A stretch of 64,000 bases of DNA from an uncultured Acidobacteriota bacterium. Its GTDB lineage: Bacteria > Actinomycetota > Acidimicrobiia > Spongiisociales > ZC4RG35. The stretch covers positions 118,956 through 182,955 of the forward strand of contig CAVZVJ010000002.1 of assembly GCA_963778755.1 (NCBI GenBank), written 5' to 3'. Positions 37,501 to 45,194 of this stretch are shown in pieces. The notes beneath the pieces are model-generated. The model was given only the letters and a program-made list of their open reading frames with translations, was not told the DNA's origin and searched no databases. Every line of letters starts with the position of its first letter. Position 1 is the stretch's first letter. Both the position numbers and the translations under genes were made by a program.

Positions 37501-38941
37501 CTTCAAGCCGACGGCCCGGGTTTCCGTCAAGCTGGTCAGCGAACCGGGCGTGGGAACGATTGCCGTTGGGGTGGCCAAGGCCGACGCCGATGTGATCACG
37601 ATCTCAGGGTCCGAGGGCGGTACTGGGGCCTCCCCCTTGGTGTCGATCAAGCACGCCGGATCGCCGTGGGAGCTCGGCCTCTCCGAGGCCCATCAGGTGC
37701 TCACCGCCAATGGGCAAAGGTCACGCGTGCTCCTGGAGACCGACGGTGGCCTCAGAACGGGCCGCGACATCATCGTGGCTGCCCTACTCGGCGCGGAGCG
37801 GTTCGGTTTTGGCACCCTGCCCCTTCTCGCACTCGGCTGCAAGATGGTTCGGACGTGTCATATGAACACGTGCCCGGTGGGGATCGCCACCCAGAATGAG
37901 GATCTGCGGGCCAAGTTCACCGGTTCGGCCGATCAGGTGGTCCTGCTCTTCCGTCGCCTTGCCGAGGAGGCTCGCCGCCACATAGCCGCCCTCGGGGCGA
38001 GGTCGATCGCCGAGCTGGTCGGTCGCGCCGACCTCTTGCGCCCGATCGACCCCGAGCACCCATTGTCCGCCGACCTCTCGGCCATGTTGGTGGCCGCTAA
38101 GGGTGGCAAGAAACATGAGGGGTATCGCAAGATCGGGTTGTCCAGCCTCTCGGTAAGGCTGGTCGCCGATTGTCGCGATGCGATCGCCGAGATGAAGCCG
38201 GTGGAGCTTGCGTATCCGATCCGCAATGTCGACAGGGCAATAGGGTCGCGTCTCTCCGGGGAGATCACTTCCCGACACGGGGCCGCGGGCCTGCCAGATG
38301 GGACCATCGTCGTCAAGATGTCCGGCACCGCGGGTCAGAGCTTTGGAGCCTGGTTATGTCGGGGCGTCGAAATGCACATCGAAGGGACCGCCAACGATTA
38401 CCTGGGCAAGGGGATGGGCGGCGGTCTGATCTCGGTCTCACCACGCCGGCCCGGGGAATCTGTTCCTCATGCAGCCGGCAATGCCGTTCTCTATGGGGCC
38501 ACCGGCGGCCAGATCTACCTCGCGGGCCGGGTCGGTCAACGGTTCGCAGTTCGCAACTCCGGCGCTACTGCCGTGATCGAGGGATGCTCGGATCATGGGT
38601 GCGAGTACATGACCGGTGGAAAGGTTCTGGTGCTGGGGGAGGTCGGCCGCAACTTCGCAGCCGGCATGACCGGGGGCGTCGCCTATGTCTGGGACCCGGC
38701 CCTCAGCCTCAAGGCAATGCTCGCCGATACCGCCCCTTCCGCCCGTCGTCCCTCCGACACCCACCTGGACGACATACGAGTACTGATCGAATCCCATCTG
38801 GAGCGCACCGCCAGCCCGGTCTCCGCTGCGATCCTCGATGACTGGTCGCGGGAACAGGGCTCATTCTGGGTCATCTCCGCGAGTGGCGACGGCCGCCAGA
38901 TACCGGTGGTGGAGCAGGCAGAAGTCCCGGTCGCTCCGTGA
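34571..38941 (+). CDS. gltB: Glutamate synthase large subunit (GltB-type; Ntn amidotransferase + FMN + GXGXG domains)
   Basis: 1456 aa. MTAPFFDQGPPRDACGVGFIA is the propeptide plus catalytic Cys1. The central FMN/Fe-S domain and the C-terminal GXGXG domain are present. No gltD-like ORF lies downstream. Confidence 0.95.
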   Translation: MTAPFFDQGPPRDACGVGFIAALDRLPSYRMTRLAVECLERLDHRGARAADGTGDGAGLLTQIPLRLISRELSAHGLEVSPERLGVVMCFLSPTDAPASRSVVTQAIESEGMRVLFWRSVPFDPSMLGAHARNVLPLIEQAIVTGPEAGPAFERSLYLARKRIERTATSGLSIPSASSRTVIYKGLFTASHISDFYWDLRDPDYETAFAIFHQRYSTNTFPSWDNAQPFRALAHNGEINTIQSNRSWMVAREKAATPGVWGERLPDVFPFLQPNISDSGSLDNVFELLMQSGRSLTHVKEMLMPAAWENVPDLDPDLAAFYAYHAFLTEPWDGPAAIAATDGSSLLVGMDRNGLRPARWTVTPEVVLVASEAGVCPEEEALAIATGQLGPGELIVFDGETGEVLHSDQVKAALASSRPYGDWVSTETLRIQASFDNLADDRFDAAALSRVFGYTAEERRLIIADMARGDNPLGSMGDDTGLAVLSSRPRRLTQFFHEMFAQVTNPPMDPIREKLVMSLRIQLGRRGPLLEDTPQQAHLIELASPILSDAELESIVRSGDPRFFSHWIATTWSVSAGPEGMEARLDEICEEAAQAVKLGATILVLSDRETDANRAPIPMLLALGAVHHHLIDEGVRGSVSLVVVSGEPRDPHDLACLVGFGASAVNPYLAIEHARDLAASGAIDVDPVPAQENYRLAMEGGLLKIMSKMGICTLSAYRGSELFEVIGLSEGVCRKAFRNAPRRLRGIGLQELARQALQRHEAYSSGVTESGGFYKHRRGADTHVTSPMVVLAVQKAVRSGDQEDWDRYIEMISDREPALVRDLLTFVQRDPVPLDEVEPVEQIMRRFTTAAMSLGALSSEAHVALAEAMNLIGGHSNSGEGGEDPVRFGTPKNSAIKQVASGRFGVTPAYLDSADELQIKMAQGSKPGEGGQLPGHKVSPEIARLRYTEPGVTLISPPPHHDIYSIEDLAQLIYDLKAFKPTARVSVKLVSEPGVGTIAVGVAKADADVITISGSEGGTGASPLVSIKHAGSPWELGLSEAHQVLTANGQRSRVLLETDGGLRTGRDIIVAALLGAERFGFGTLPLLALGCKMVRTCHMNTCPVGIATQNEDLRAKFTGSADQVVLLFRRLAEEARRHIAALGARSIAELVGRADLLRPIDPEHPLSADLSAMLVAAKGGKKHEGYRKIGLSSLSVRLVADCRDAIAEMKPVELAYPIRNVDRAIGSRLSGEITSRHGAAGLPDGTIVVKMSGTAGQSFGAWLCRGVEMHIEGTANDYLGKGMGGGLISVSPRRPGESVPHAAGNAVLYGATGGQIYLAGRVGQRFAVRNSGATAVIEGCSDHGCEYMTGGKVLVLGEVGRNFAAGMTGGVAYVWDPALSLKAMLADTAPSARRPSDTHLDDIRVLIESHLERTASPVSAAILDDWSREQGSFWVISASGDGRQIPVVEQAEVPVAP

Positions 38942-38986
38942 CTTGAGCTCGTTCTGGTCAAAGAGCCTTCATCTGAGGTGATTCCC

Positions 38987-39463
38987 ATGGAAGTGACGAT
39001 GGTGGTTGAGATCCCCAAGGGGAGTCGCAACAAGTACGAGATGGATCACGAGACCGGGGAGATCTTCCTCGACCGGATGTTGTTCACCGCCACCCGGTAT
39101 CCGGCTGACTACGGGTTCATCCCCGACACCCTTGCCGAGGACGGCGACCCTCTTGACATCCTGGCACTGGTCAGCGAGCCGACCTTTCCCGGCTGTCGCA
39201 TTCGGGTCCGCCCAATCGGGGTATTCCTCATGGAGGACCAAGGCCATGCCGACCACAAGGTCCTGAGTGTCCCGTTGGGGGATCCGATGTGGCCCGATGC
39301 GGAGAATCTCGACGACGTGCCAGCGCATGTGTTGAGCGAGGTCGAGCATTTTTTCCAGGTCTACAAGGAACTGGAGAAAAAGAAGACCGCGGTGATCGGA
39401 TGGCGAACCCGCGAGGAGGCGCTAACGGTCATAGAAAGGGCCCTAGCTGCCTATCCCCATTGA
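38987..39463 (+). CDS. ppa: Inorganic pyrophosphatase (family I)
   Basis: MEVTMVVEIPKGSRNKYEMDHETGEIFLDRMLFT ... DGDPLDIL matches mycobacterial Ppa nearly residue for residue. AGGTGA lies 6 nt upstream of ATG 38987. The track's alternative start is 38978. Confidence 0.9.
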   Translation: MEVTMVVEIPKGSRNKYEMDHETGEIFLDRMLFTATRYPADYGFIPDTLAEDGDPLDILALVSEPTFPGCRIRVRPIGVFLMEDQGHADHKVLSVPLGDPMWPDAENLDDVPAHVLSEVEHFFQVYKELEKKKTAVIGWRTREEALTVIERALAAYPH

Positions 39464-39545
39464 CGAGTTACACCGTTCGAGGCGACACCGGTCCGAAACC
39501 GGATATAGATTCCCCCGGGTCACACTGAACGGAGAGTCAGCCGTC

Positions 39546-41306
39546 ATGAAACGTGTCTTTGTATTGGTCGTCGCCATGTTGTTGGCAGTCGCGGTCGTTC
39601 CCATTGCCTCGGCTCAAGACGAGGGGGATGGGATCACTTTGCGTGTCGGCATCACCCAAGATTGGGATGGGCTCAACCCCGGTCTCAACTACTCGGTGCC
39701 GAGCTATGACGTGTGGAACCTTCAGTACATGGCGCTCACCGACAAGGCAGCTGCCGACTTCGCAACGATTCCTTCGCTTGCCGAGTCATGGGATGTCTCG
39801 GATGACAAGCTGACCTACACCTACCATCTCCGCGAGGGGCTGGTCTGGTCTGACGGTGAGCCGCTCACCGCCGAGGACGTAGTGTGGAATATCAACACGT
39901 CCCACGATCAGGGCTGGGACAACATGACCGCGACGGTCGCCAACTTGGATGCGACCGCCGTCGACGACCTGACAGTTCAAGTCACAACCGCGGTCCCCGA
40001 TCCCAAGTTGCCCACCTTGGACATGTACCTGGTTCCGCCTCAGATTTGGGAACCGGTCGCCACCGACTACGACGCCGCCATGCAATATGCAGCCGTCGAC
40101 GGTGTGGGAAGCGGCCCGTTCGTGCTCGAGAACTTCACCAAGGGCCAGTCGGTGACCATGAAAGCCAACCCGAGCTTTTTCGGGTGGAACGGCGAGAAGC
40201 CGCCCTACGACCGGATCGTCTACCGCCTTTTTGAGAACCCCGATGCAATGGTTGCCGCCCTCCAACAGGGTGAATTGGACGTCATCCACGGCTTCCCCGC
40301 CGGTTCCTGGGACACGCTCGATGCCGACCCCAACATCGAGGTTGTGGCCGGTCAGCAGGGAGGGTTCGATGAGCTCGCGATCAATGGTGGAGCACTTCCC
40401 GACGGCCAGCCCCATCCGGCATTGCTCGACATCAAGGTTCGCGAAGCGATCGCGCACGCCATCGACCGGCAGGCCGTGATCGAGGATCTCTGGTTCGGCC
40501 ATGCCGCTCCGTTGGAGACCCTGAGCCCTTCCCCCGACCCCAAATGGATACCCGAGATCCCCGCGGACGACGTGTTCGACTACGACCCTGAACAGTCGAA
40601 CCAGATCCTGGACGACGCCGGGTACATGGACACCGATGGCGACGGGGTCCGGGAAATGCCCGACGGGACTCCGATCGTCCTTCGCCATGCGGTCAACACC
40701 GACGGTGACCTGGCACCCACGATTGGCGACCTCTTCGTCGGTTGGATGGAGGCTATTGGCATTGGCGTCGATATTGCGTCCTACGACCAGGACGCGCTTT
40801 ATGACGTGATCGCCACAGGTCAATATGACACTTTCTTCTGGGGCTGGACACCGTTCGTCGACCCCGACCCGATGCTCTCCTACTTCACCGCAGCCGAGGT
40901 TGGCAATTACAACGACGCCAACTGGAGCGATCCCAGGTACGACGAGCTGTATGTGGAGCAGAACCAGGAGTTGGACCCAGAGCGACGGGTTGAGCTCGTC
41001 CACGAGATGTTGACCCTCTTCCACGATGCCGCGGTCTACATCCCGATGTACGTCAGCCCGGATCTGCAGGCCTATAGGACCGACACCTTCGAGGGTTGGG
41101 TCAAGCAGCCTGCCGACATTGGGGCAGTCATCTTCTCCAACACCTCGCCCAGCTACGTCCTGTTGAGACCGATCGGTGGGAGCGCCGGAGGCGAGTCGAG
41201 CAACAATCTCCTGATCATCGGCGGGGTGGTAGTGGCAGTTGGTGTGATCGGCGGCATCTTCCTGGCGATGAGGAGACGCTCCACCACGGCCGACGACCGG
41301 GAGTAG
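39546..41306 (+). CDS. ABC transporter substrate-binding protein, family 5 (DppA/OppA-like), with a C-terminal TM anchor
   Basis: N-terminal signal peptide, then an SBP_bac_5 fold, then a C-terminal hydrophobic helix plus basic tail (LLIIGGVVVAVGVIGGIFLAMRRRSTTADDRE). Confidence 0.85.
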   Translation: MKRVFVLVVAMLLAVAVVPIASAQDEGDGITLRVGITQDWDGLNPGLNYSVPSYDVWNLQYMALTDKAAADFATIPSLAESWDVSDDKLTYTYHLREGLVWSDGEPLTAEDVVWNINTSHDQGWDNMTATVANLDATAVDDLTVQVTTAVPDPKLPTLDMYLVPPQIWEPVATDYDAAMQYAAVDGVGSGPFVLENFTKGQSVTMKANPSFFGWNGEKPPYDRIVYRLFENPDAMVAALQQGELDVIHGFPAGSWDTLDADPNIEVVAGQQGGFDELAINGGALPDGQPHPALLDIKVREAIAHAIDRQAVIEDLWFGHAAPLETLSPSPDPKWIPEIPADDVFDYDPEQSNQILDDAGYMDTDGDGVREMPDGTPIVLRHAVNTDGDLAPTIGDLFVGWMEAIGIGVDIASYDQDALYDVIATGQYDTFFWGWTPFVDPDPMLSYFTAAEVGNYNDANWSDPRYDELYVEQNQELDPERRVELVHEMLTLFHDAAVYIPMYVSPDLQAYRTDTFEGWVKQPADIGAVIFSNTSPSYVLLRPIGGSAGGESSNNLLIIGGVVVAVGVIGGIFLAMRRRSTTADDRE

Positions 41307-41367
41307 CCGCCTGGCCAGCGAACAGAATCGCGGCGAGGGGCGAGGCGGCCTCGTCCTGCGCAAGGTC

Positions 41368-42300
41368 TTGGGCTCGCTGCTCACCCTGGTCTTCGTCCTG
41401 GTGTTCAACTTCTTCCTGTTTCGCGTGGTCCAGACCGATCCCATCGGTTCGTTGTTCCGTGGGCGGAACGTTCCCGCCGAGACACTGGACAACCTTCGAA
41501 TCGCCTTCGGGTTGGACAAGCCGATCGGGACCCAATTTCTTCTCTACTTGAAGGAGACGGCTCAGCTCAATCTGGGGATTTCGTATCAGACCCGCCAGCC
41601 GGTGTGGGATCAGATCGTGGCCGCGATCCCGGCCACGGTGGCGCTCGTCGGTGTCTCGGCAGTGCTGTCGGCGGTGATCGGAACTCTTGGCGGTGTCATC
41701 GCCGCGTGGCGGAGGAACACCTGGAAGGACCACAGCATCACTTCGGGGACGATGGTGTTCTATTCGATGCCCGACTTCTGGTTGGGCATGATCCTCTTGG
41801 TCTTGTTCGCTGTAGTCCTTGGGTGGTTCCCCGTGGGCGGAATCACAGACGCCGGTGCGAACGAAACCGGGCTGCCGCTGCTCCTCGATCAGCTTCACCA
41901 CATGTTCCTGCCCACGCTCACGTTGACCCTGGCTTACTTGGGGGAGTACACCCTGGTCACCAGAAGCTCACTTTTGGACGTGATGGGCGAGGACTACCTG
42001 ACGGTGGCCCGGGCCAAGGGTTTGCGGGATGTTGTAGTCAGAAATCGCCACGCGGTGCCCAACGCGCTGCTGCCGGTGGTCACCCTGACCGCGATCAACT
42101 TCGGATTCGTGCTCTCGGGGGCGATCGCAGTCGAGGCCGTCTTTTCCTGGCCCGGTTTGGGCAAGGCGACCGCGGACGCTATCCGCGGCCCCGACCTCCC
42201 GATGCTCCAGGGTCTGTTCCTCCTGTTCAGCGCGGCCGTCATCTTCTTCAACCTGATCGCTGACATCACCTACAGCTGGCTCGATCCAAGGGTGGACTGA
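41368..42300 (+). CDS. Peptide/nickel ABC transporter permease (DppB/OppB-like)
   Basis: BPD_transp_1 fold. The similarity appears to extend upstream of the TTG at 41368 (LVLRKVLGSLL), with no canonical start in frame back to 41272. The true start is unresolved. Confidence 0.8.
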   Translation: MGSLLTLVFVLVFNFFLFRVVQTDPIGSLFRGRNVPAETLDNLRIAFGLDKPIGTQFLLYLKETAQLNLGISYQTRQPVWDQIVAAIPATVALVGVSAVLSAVIGTLGGVIAAWRRNTWKDHSITSGTMVFYSMPDFWLGMILLVLFAVVLGWFPVGGITDAGANETGLPLLLDQLHHMFLPTLTLTLAYLGEYTLVTRSSLLDVMGEDYLTVARAKGLRDVVVRNRHAVPNALLPVVTLTAINFGFVLSGAIAVEAVFSWPGLGKATADAIRGPDLPMLQGLFLLFSAAVIFFNLIADITYSWLDPRVD

Positions 42301-42302
42301 CC

Positions 42303-43193
42303 ATGGCCAGCATCGCAATGCAGCGTCGTCGGGCCACGGCGGGACGGGTCTGGAAACAGTTCCGGAGCTCGCGTCAAGGAATGATCGGGCTCGCCGTCCT
42401 GCTCCTGTTCATCCTGATGGCTCTGGCGGCGCCACTGCTAGCCGACGCCAAGGAGCTCAACCCGGTCTATGCCCGGGCGGCGGGCAACCCGCAGTGGGGA
42501 CCGCCTTCGGTGTTCCCCCCTCTTGGCACCGATCACATCCGTCGCTCGGTCTGGGCCCAATTCGTGTGGGGCTCCCGGGTGAGCCTGTTCGTGGGGCTCG
42601 CCGCCACCGTGCTCACGATCTTGATTGGCTCGGTGGTCGGAATCGTTTCCGGTTTCGTCGGCGGCCGCCTCGACGCGGTCATGATGCGGATCACCGAGTG
42701 GTTCCTGGTCATCCCATTCCTCCCTCTCGCCATCGTCCTCGCCTCGGTCCTAGGCCGAAACGTATGGAACATCATCTTTGTCATCGGGATCACCTCCTGG
42801 CCCTCGACTGCGAGGTTGGTGCGGGCCCAGGTGCTCACTGTCAAACAGAGGCTCTTTGTCGATCGGGCGCGCTCGCTCGGAGCGAGCGGCTCACATATCG
42901 TCGGTCATCACATACTTCCGAACGTGAGCGGGCTGATTCTGGCCAACGCCACCCTGGCAGTTCCGATCTCGATCCTGACCGAGACAACCTTGTCTTTCCT
43001 TGGATTGGGTGACCCAACTGCGGCGTCCTGGGGGAAGACCTTGGAGGAGGCGTTTACCAATGGGGCGGTTGCTCGCAACGCCTGGTGGTACTTCATGCCC
43101 GCAGGTCTTGGGATCCTCTTTGTCGTCCTGGCTTTCACGCTGATCGGGCGCACCCTGGAGGAGATCGCCAATCCGAGGCTCAGTGGCCGCTGA
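42303..43193 (+). CDS. Peptide/nickel ABC transporter permease (DppC/OppC-like)
   Basis: 296 aa of BPD_transp_1 with an N-terminal OppC_N-like region. Confidence 0.85.
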   Translation: MASIAMQRRRATAGRVWKQFRSSRQGMIGLAVLLLFILMALAAPLLADAKELNPVYARAAGNPQWGPPSVFPPLGTDHIRRSVWAQFVWGSRVSLFVGLAATVLTILIGSVVGIVSGFVGGRLDAVMMRITEWFLVIPFLPLAIVLASVLGRNVWNIIFVIGITSWPSTARLVRAQVLTVKQRLFVDRARSLGASGSHIVGHHILPNVSGLILANATLAVPISILTETTLSFLGLGDPTAASWGKTLEEAFTNGAVARNAWWYFMPAGLGILFVVLAFTLIGRTLEEIANPRLSGR

Positions 43194-44155
43194 TGAGCGA
43201 GCCGATGCTCTCAATACGGGATCTCAACATCACCTATCACACGTCGGGCGGCACGGTGCCTGCGGTGCGTGGGGTGAGTTTCGATCTCGAGAAAGGCGGG
43301 TCGATCGGGCTTGCCGGTGAGTCGGGTTGTGGCAAATCGACTCTGGCCAACTCACTGCTCCGGCTTCTGCCGCCGGAGACCGAGGTCACCGGTGAGATAA
43401 CTCTCAACGGCCAGGACGTGCTCACATTGTCACCGGGCGGGCTGAGGGCCGCGCGCTGGACTTCGGGAGCCATCGTGTTTCAGGGCGCACTGCATGCACT
43501 CAATCCGGTGCAAACCGTGGGGGATCAGATCTCCGAGCCGATGCTGATTCATGAGACGGCGAGCTCAGCTACCGAGGCACGGGCACGGACCGTCGAGCTG
43601 TTGCGACGGGTAGGACTTCCGGCGGCCAGGGCTGACTCCTATCCCCACGAGTTGTCCGGAGGTCAGCGGCAGCGGGTTCTCATCGCGATGGCGTTGGCTT
43701 GTGATCCACTGCTTCTGATAGCGGACGAACCAACCACGGCGCTCGACCTCATGGTGCAGGCCCAGGTCTTGGCGCTTCTGGACGATCTCAAGAAGGAGCG
43801 TGACCTCACCCTGCTTTTCATCACGCATGACCTCTCGGTGCTCACCTACGCCTGCGACGAGTTGGCCGTCATGTACGCCGGACGGATCGTGGAGATGGGG
43901 CCGAGCTTCGATGTATTTGCCGACGCTTCCCATCCATACACCAGGGCGCTAGCCGCAGCATTTCCCACGATCGGGGATCAGAGCTCGAGGATGGCTCCGT
44001 CGGGTCTCGGCGGAGACCCACCCACGCCGGGGAACCTTCCGGAGGGGTGCCCATTCCACCCGCGATGTCCCCTCGCTCAAGACGCCTGTCGTATCGAGGA
44101 GCCTGCCTTGCGCGTATCCGGAGAGGGCAGGAGCGCGGCATGCATCCTGGTGTGA
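43193..44155 (+). CDS. Peptide ABC transporter ATP-binding protein (DppD/OppD-like)
   Basis: Walker A GESGCGKST, signature LSGGQRQRV and Walker B LLIADEPTTALD are present, along with a C-terminal oligopeptide-ABC Cys motif (CPFHPRCP). ATGA overlap with the upstream permease. Confidence 0.9.
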   Translation: MSEPMLSIRDLNITYHTSGGTVPAVRGVSFDLEKGGSIGLAGESGCGKSTLANSLLRLLPPETEVTGEITLNGQDVLTLSPGGLRAARWTSGAIVFQGALHALNPVQTVGDQISEPMLIHETASSATEARARTVELLRRVGLPAARADSYPHELSGGQRQRVLIAMALACDPLLLIADEPTTALDLMVQAQVLALLDDLKKERDLTLLFITHDLSVLTYACDELAVMYAGRIVEMGPSFDVFADASHPYTRALAAAFPTIGDQSSRMAPSGLGGDPPTPGNLPEGCPFHPRCPLAQDACRIEEPALRVSGEGRSAACILV

Positions 44156-45114
44156 CCCCACTCGTCGAGGTCGAGAATCTCCATGTCGACTTTGGCCCGG
44201 CGCGAGCGGTCGACGGAGCATCGCTCCACGTTGAGCCCGGCGAGGTCCTCGCCCTGGTTGGGGAGTCAGGCTCGGGAAAGACCACCCTGATTCGCGCCAT
44301 CCAAGGCCTTCAGCAGCCGACATCCGGCACTATCCGGGTCGAAGGAAAGCCGATCGATTCGAGGACGAGGCGGGAGATCCAAACCATCTTCCAGAACCCA
44401 GCGGTGCAAATGGTGTTCCAAGATCCGACGGGTGCGCTCAACCCCCGGCAGACCCTCTACGAGATCGTTGCTGAGGGTTTGCGCATCCACGGCCAACCAA
44501 ACGACGAGCAGGCAAGAGTGGCCCGGGCACTTTCCCGGGCGGGGATGCGACCACCGGAGCGGTTCTTCCAGATGTACCCGCATGAGATATCAGGCGGTCA
44601 GCGCCAAAGGGTGGTGATCGCGGGGGCGATGGTCATGGAGCCGCGTCTCCTCCTCGCCGACGAGCCGGTAGCCAGTCTCGACGCATCGATTCGTGGGGAG
44701 ATTCTGGCTCTGATGCGTCAGCTCGTTGACGAGACCCAGCTCTCGATCCTTGTGGTCACCCACGACCTCGGTCTGGCCTGGAATATCGCCGATCGGGTTG
44801 CAGTGATGTATCTGGGGCGCATCGTGGAGACCGGCCCTACCGAAGCCATCCTCAGTGATCCCAAACATCCCTATACCCGCTCCTTGCTCTCAGTGGTTCC
44901 CGAGACCAAGGAGATGGAGCAGCAGATCCTCGTCGGTGAAATCCCCGACCCCGCCAATATCCCGTCAGGGTGTCGGTTTCACCCTCGATGCCCTCTGCTC
45001 CAGTCGGGCACCCTTTCTCCCGAGGTGGCCGCCAGATGTTCGACCGATGATCCGGGACCGGTGGCTGTAGGGGCGGAGTCAGCGGCAGCCTGCTGGGCGG
45101 TTCTCCAGTCGTAA
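44140..45114 (+). CDS. Peptide ABC transporter ATP-binding protein (DppF/OppF-like)
   Basis: Has GESGSGKTT, ISGGQRQRV and LLLADEPVASLD, with a C-terminal CRFHPRCP. The start is taken at ATG 44140, 6 nt after GGAGCG. 16-nt overlap with dppD. Confidence 0.9.
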   Translation: MHPGVTPLVEVENLHVDFGPARAVDGASLHVEPGEVLALVGESGSGKTTLIRAIQGLQQPTSGTIRVEGKPIDSRTRREIQTIFQNPAVQMVFQDPTGALNPRQTLYEIVAEGLRIHGQPNDEQARVARALSRAGMRPPERFFQMYPHEISGGQRQRVVIAGAMVMEPRLLLADEPVASLDASIRGEILALMRQLVDETQLSILVVTHDLGLAWNIADRVAVMYLGRIVETGPTEAILSDPKHPYTRSLLSVVPETKEMEQQILVGEIPDPANIPSGCRFHPRCPLLQSGTLSPEVAARCSTDDPGPVAVGAESAAACWAVLQS

Positions 45115-45165
45115 GTCTCAAGTCTCAGGTCTCAAGCTCAGGCTTGTGACTTGGGACTTATGACT
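45115..45165. repeat. Heptanucleotide tandem-repeat array (GTCTCAA GTCTCAG GTCTCAA GCTCAGG then CTTGTGA CTTGGGA CTTATGA CTTGCGA)
   Basis: Read from the sequence, immediately after the dppF stop. Its first block is near-identical to the array at 33275. Coordinates are accurate to +/-1 nt. Confidence 0.5.
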
Positions 45166-45194
45166 TGCGACACTTCCCCTGGCTACGCCAGGGG
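45166..45194. terminator. Perfect 13-bp palindromic hairpin (CACTTCCCCTGGC-tac-GCCAGGGGAAGTG), a likely bidirectional terminator between convergent dppF and the TPR histidine kinase
   Basis: Read from the sequence. The stem is perfect and overlaps the last codons of the kinase gene. Confidence 0.55.
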
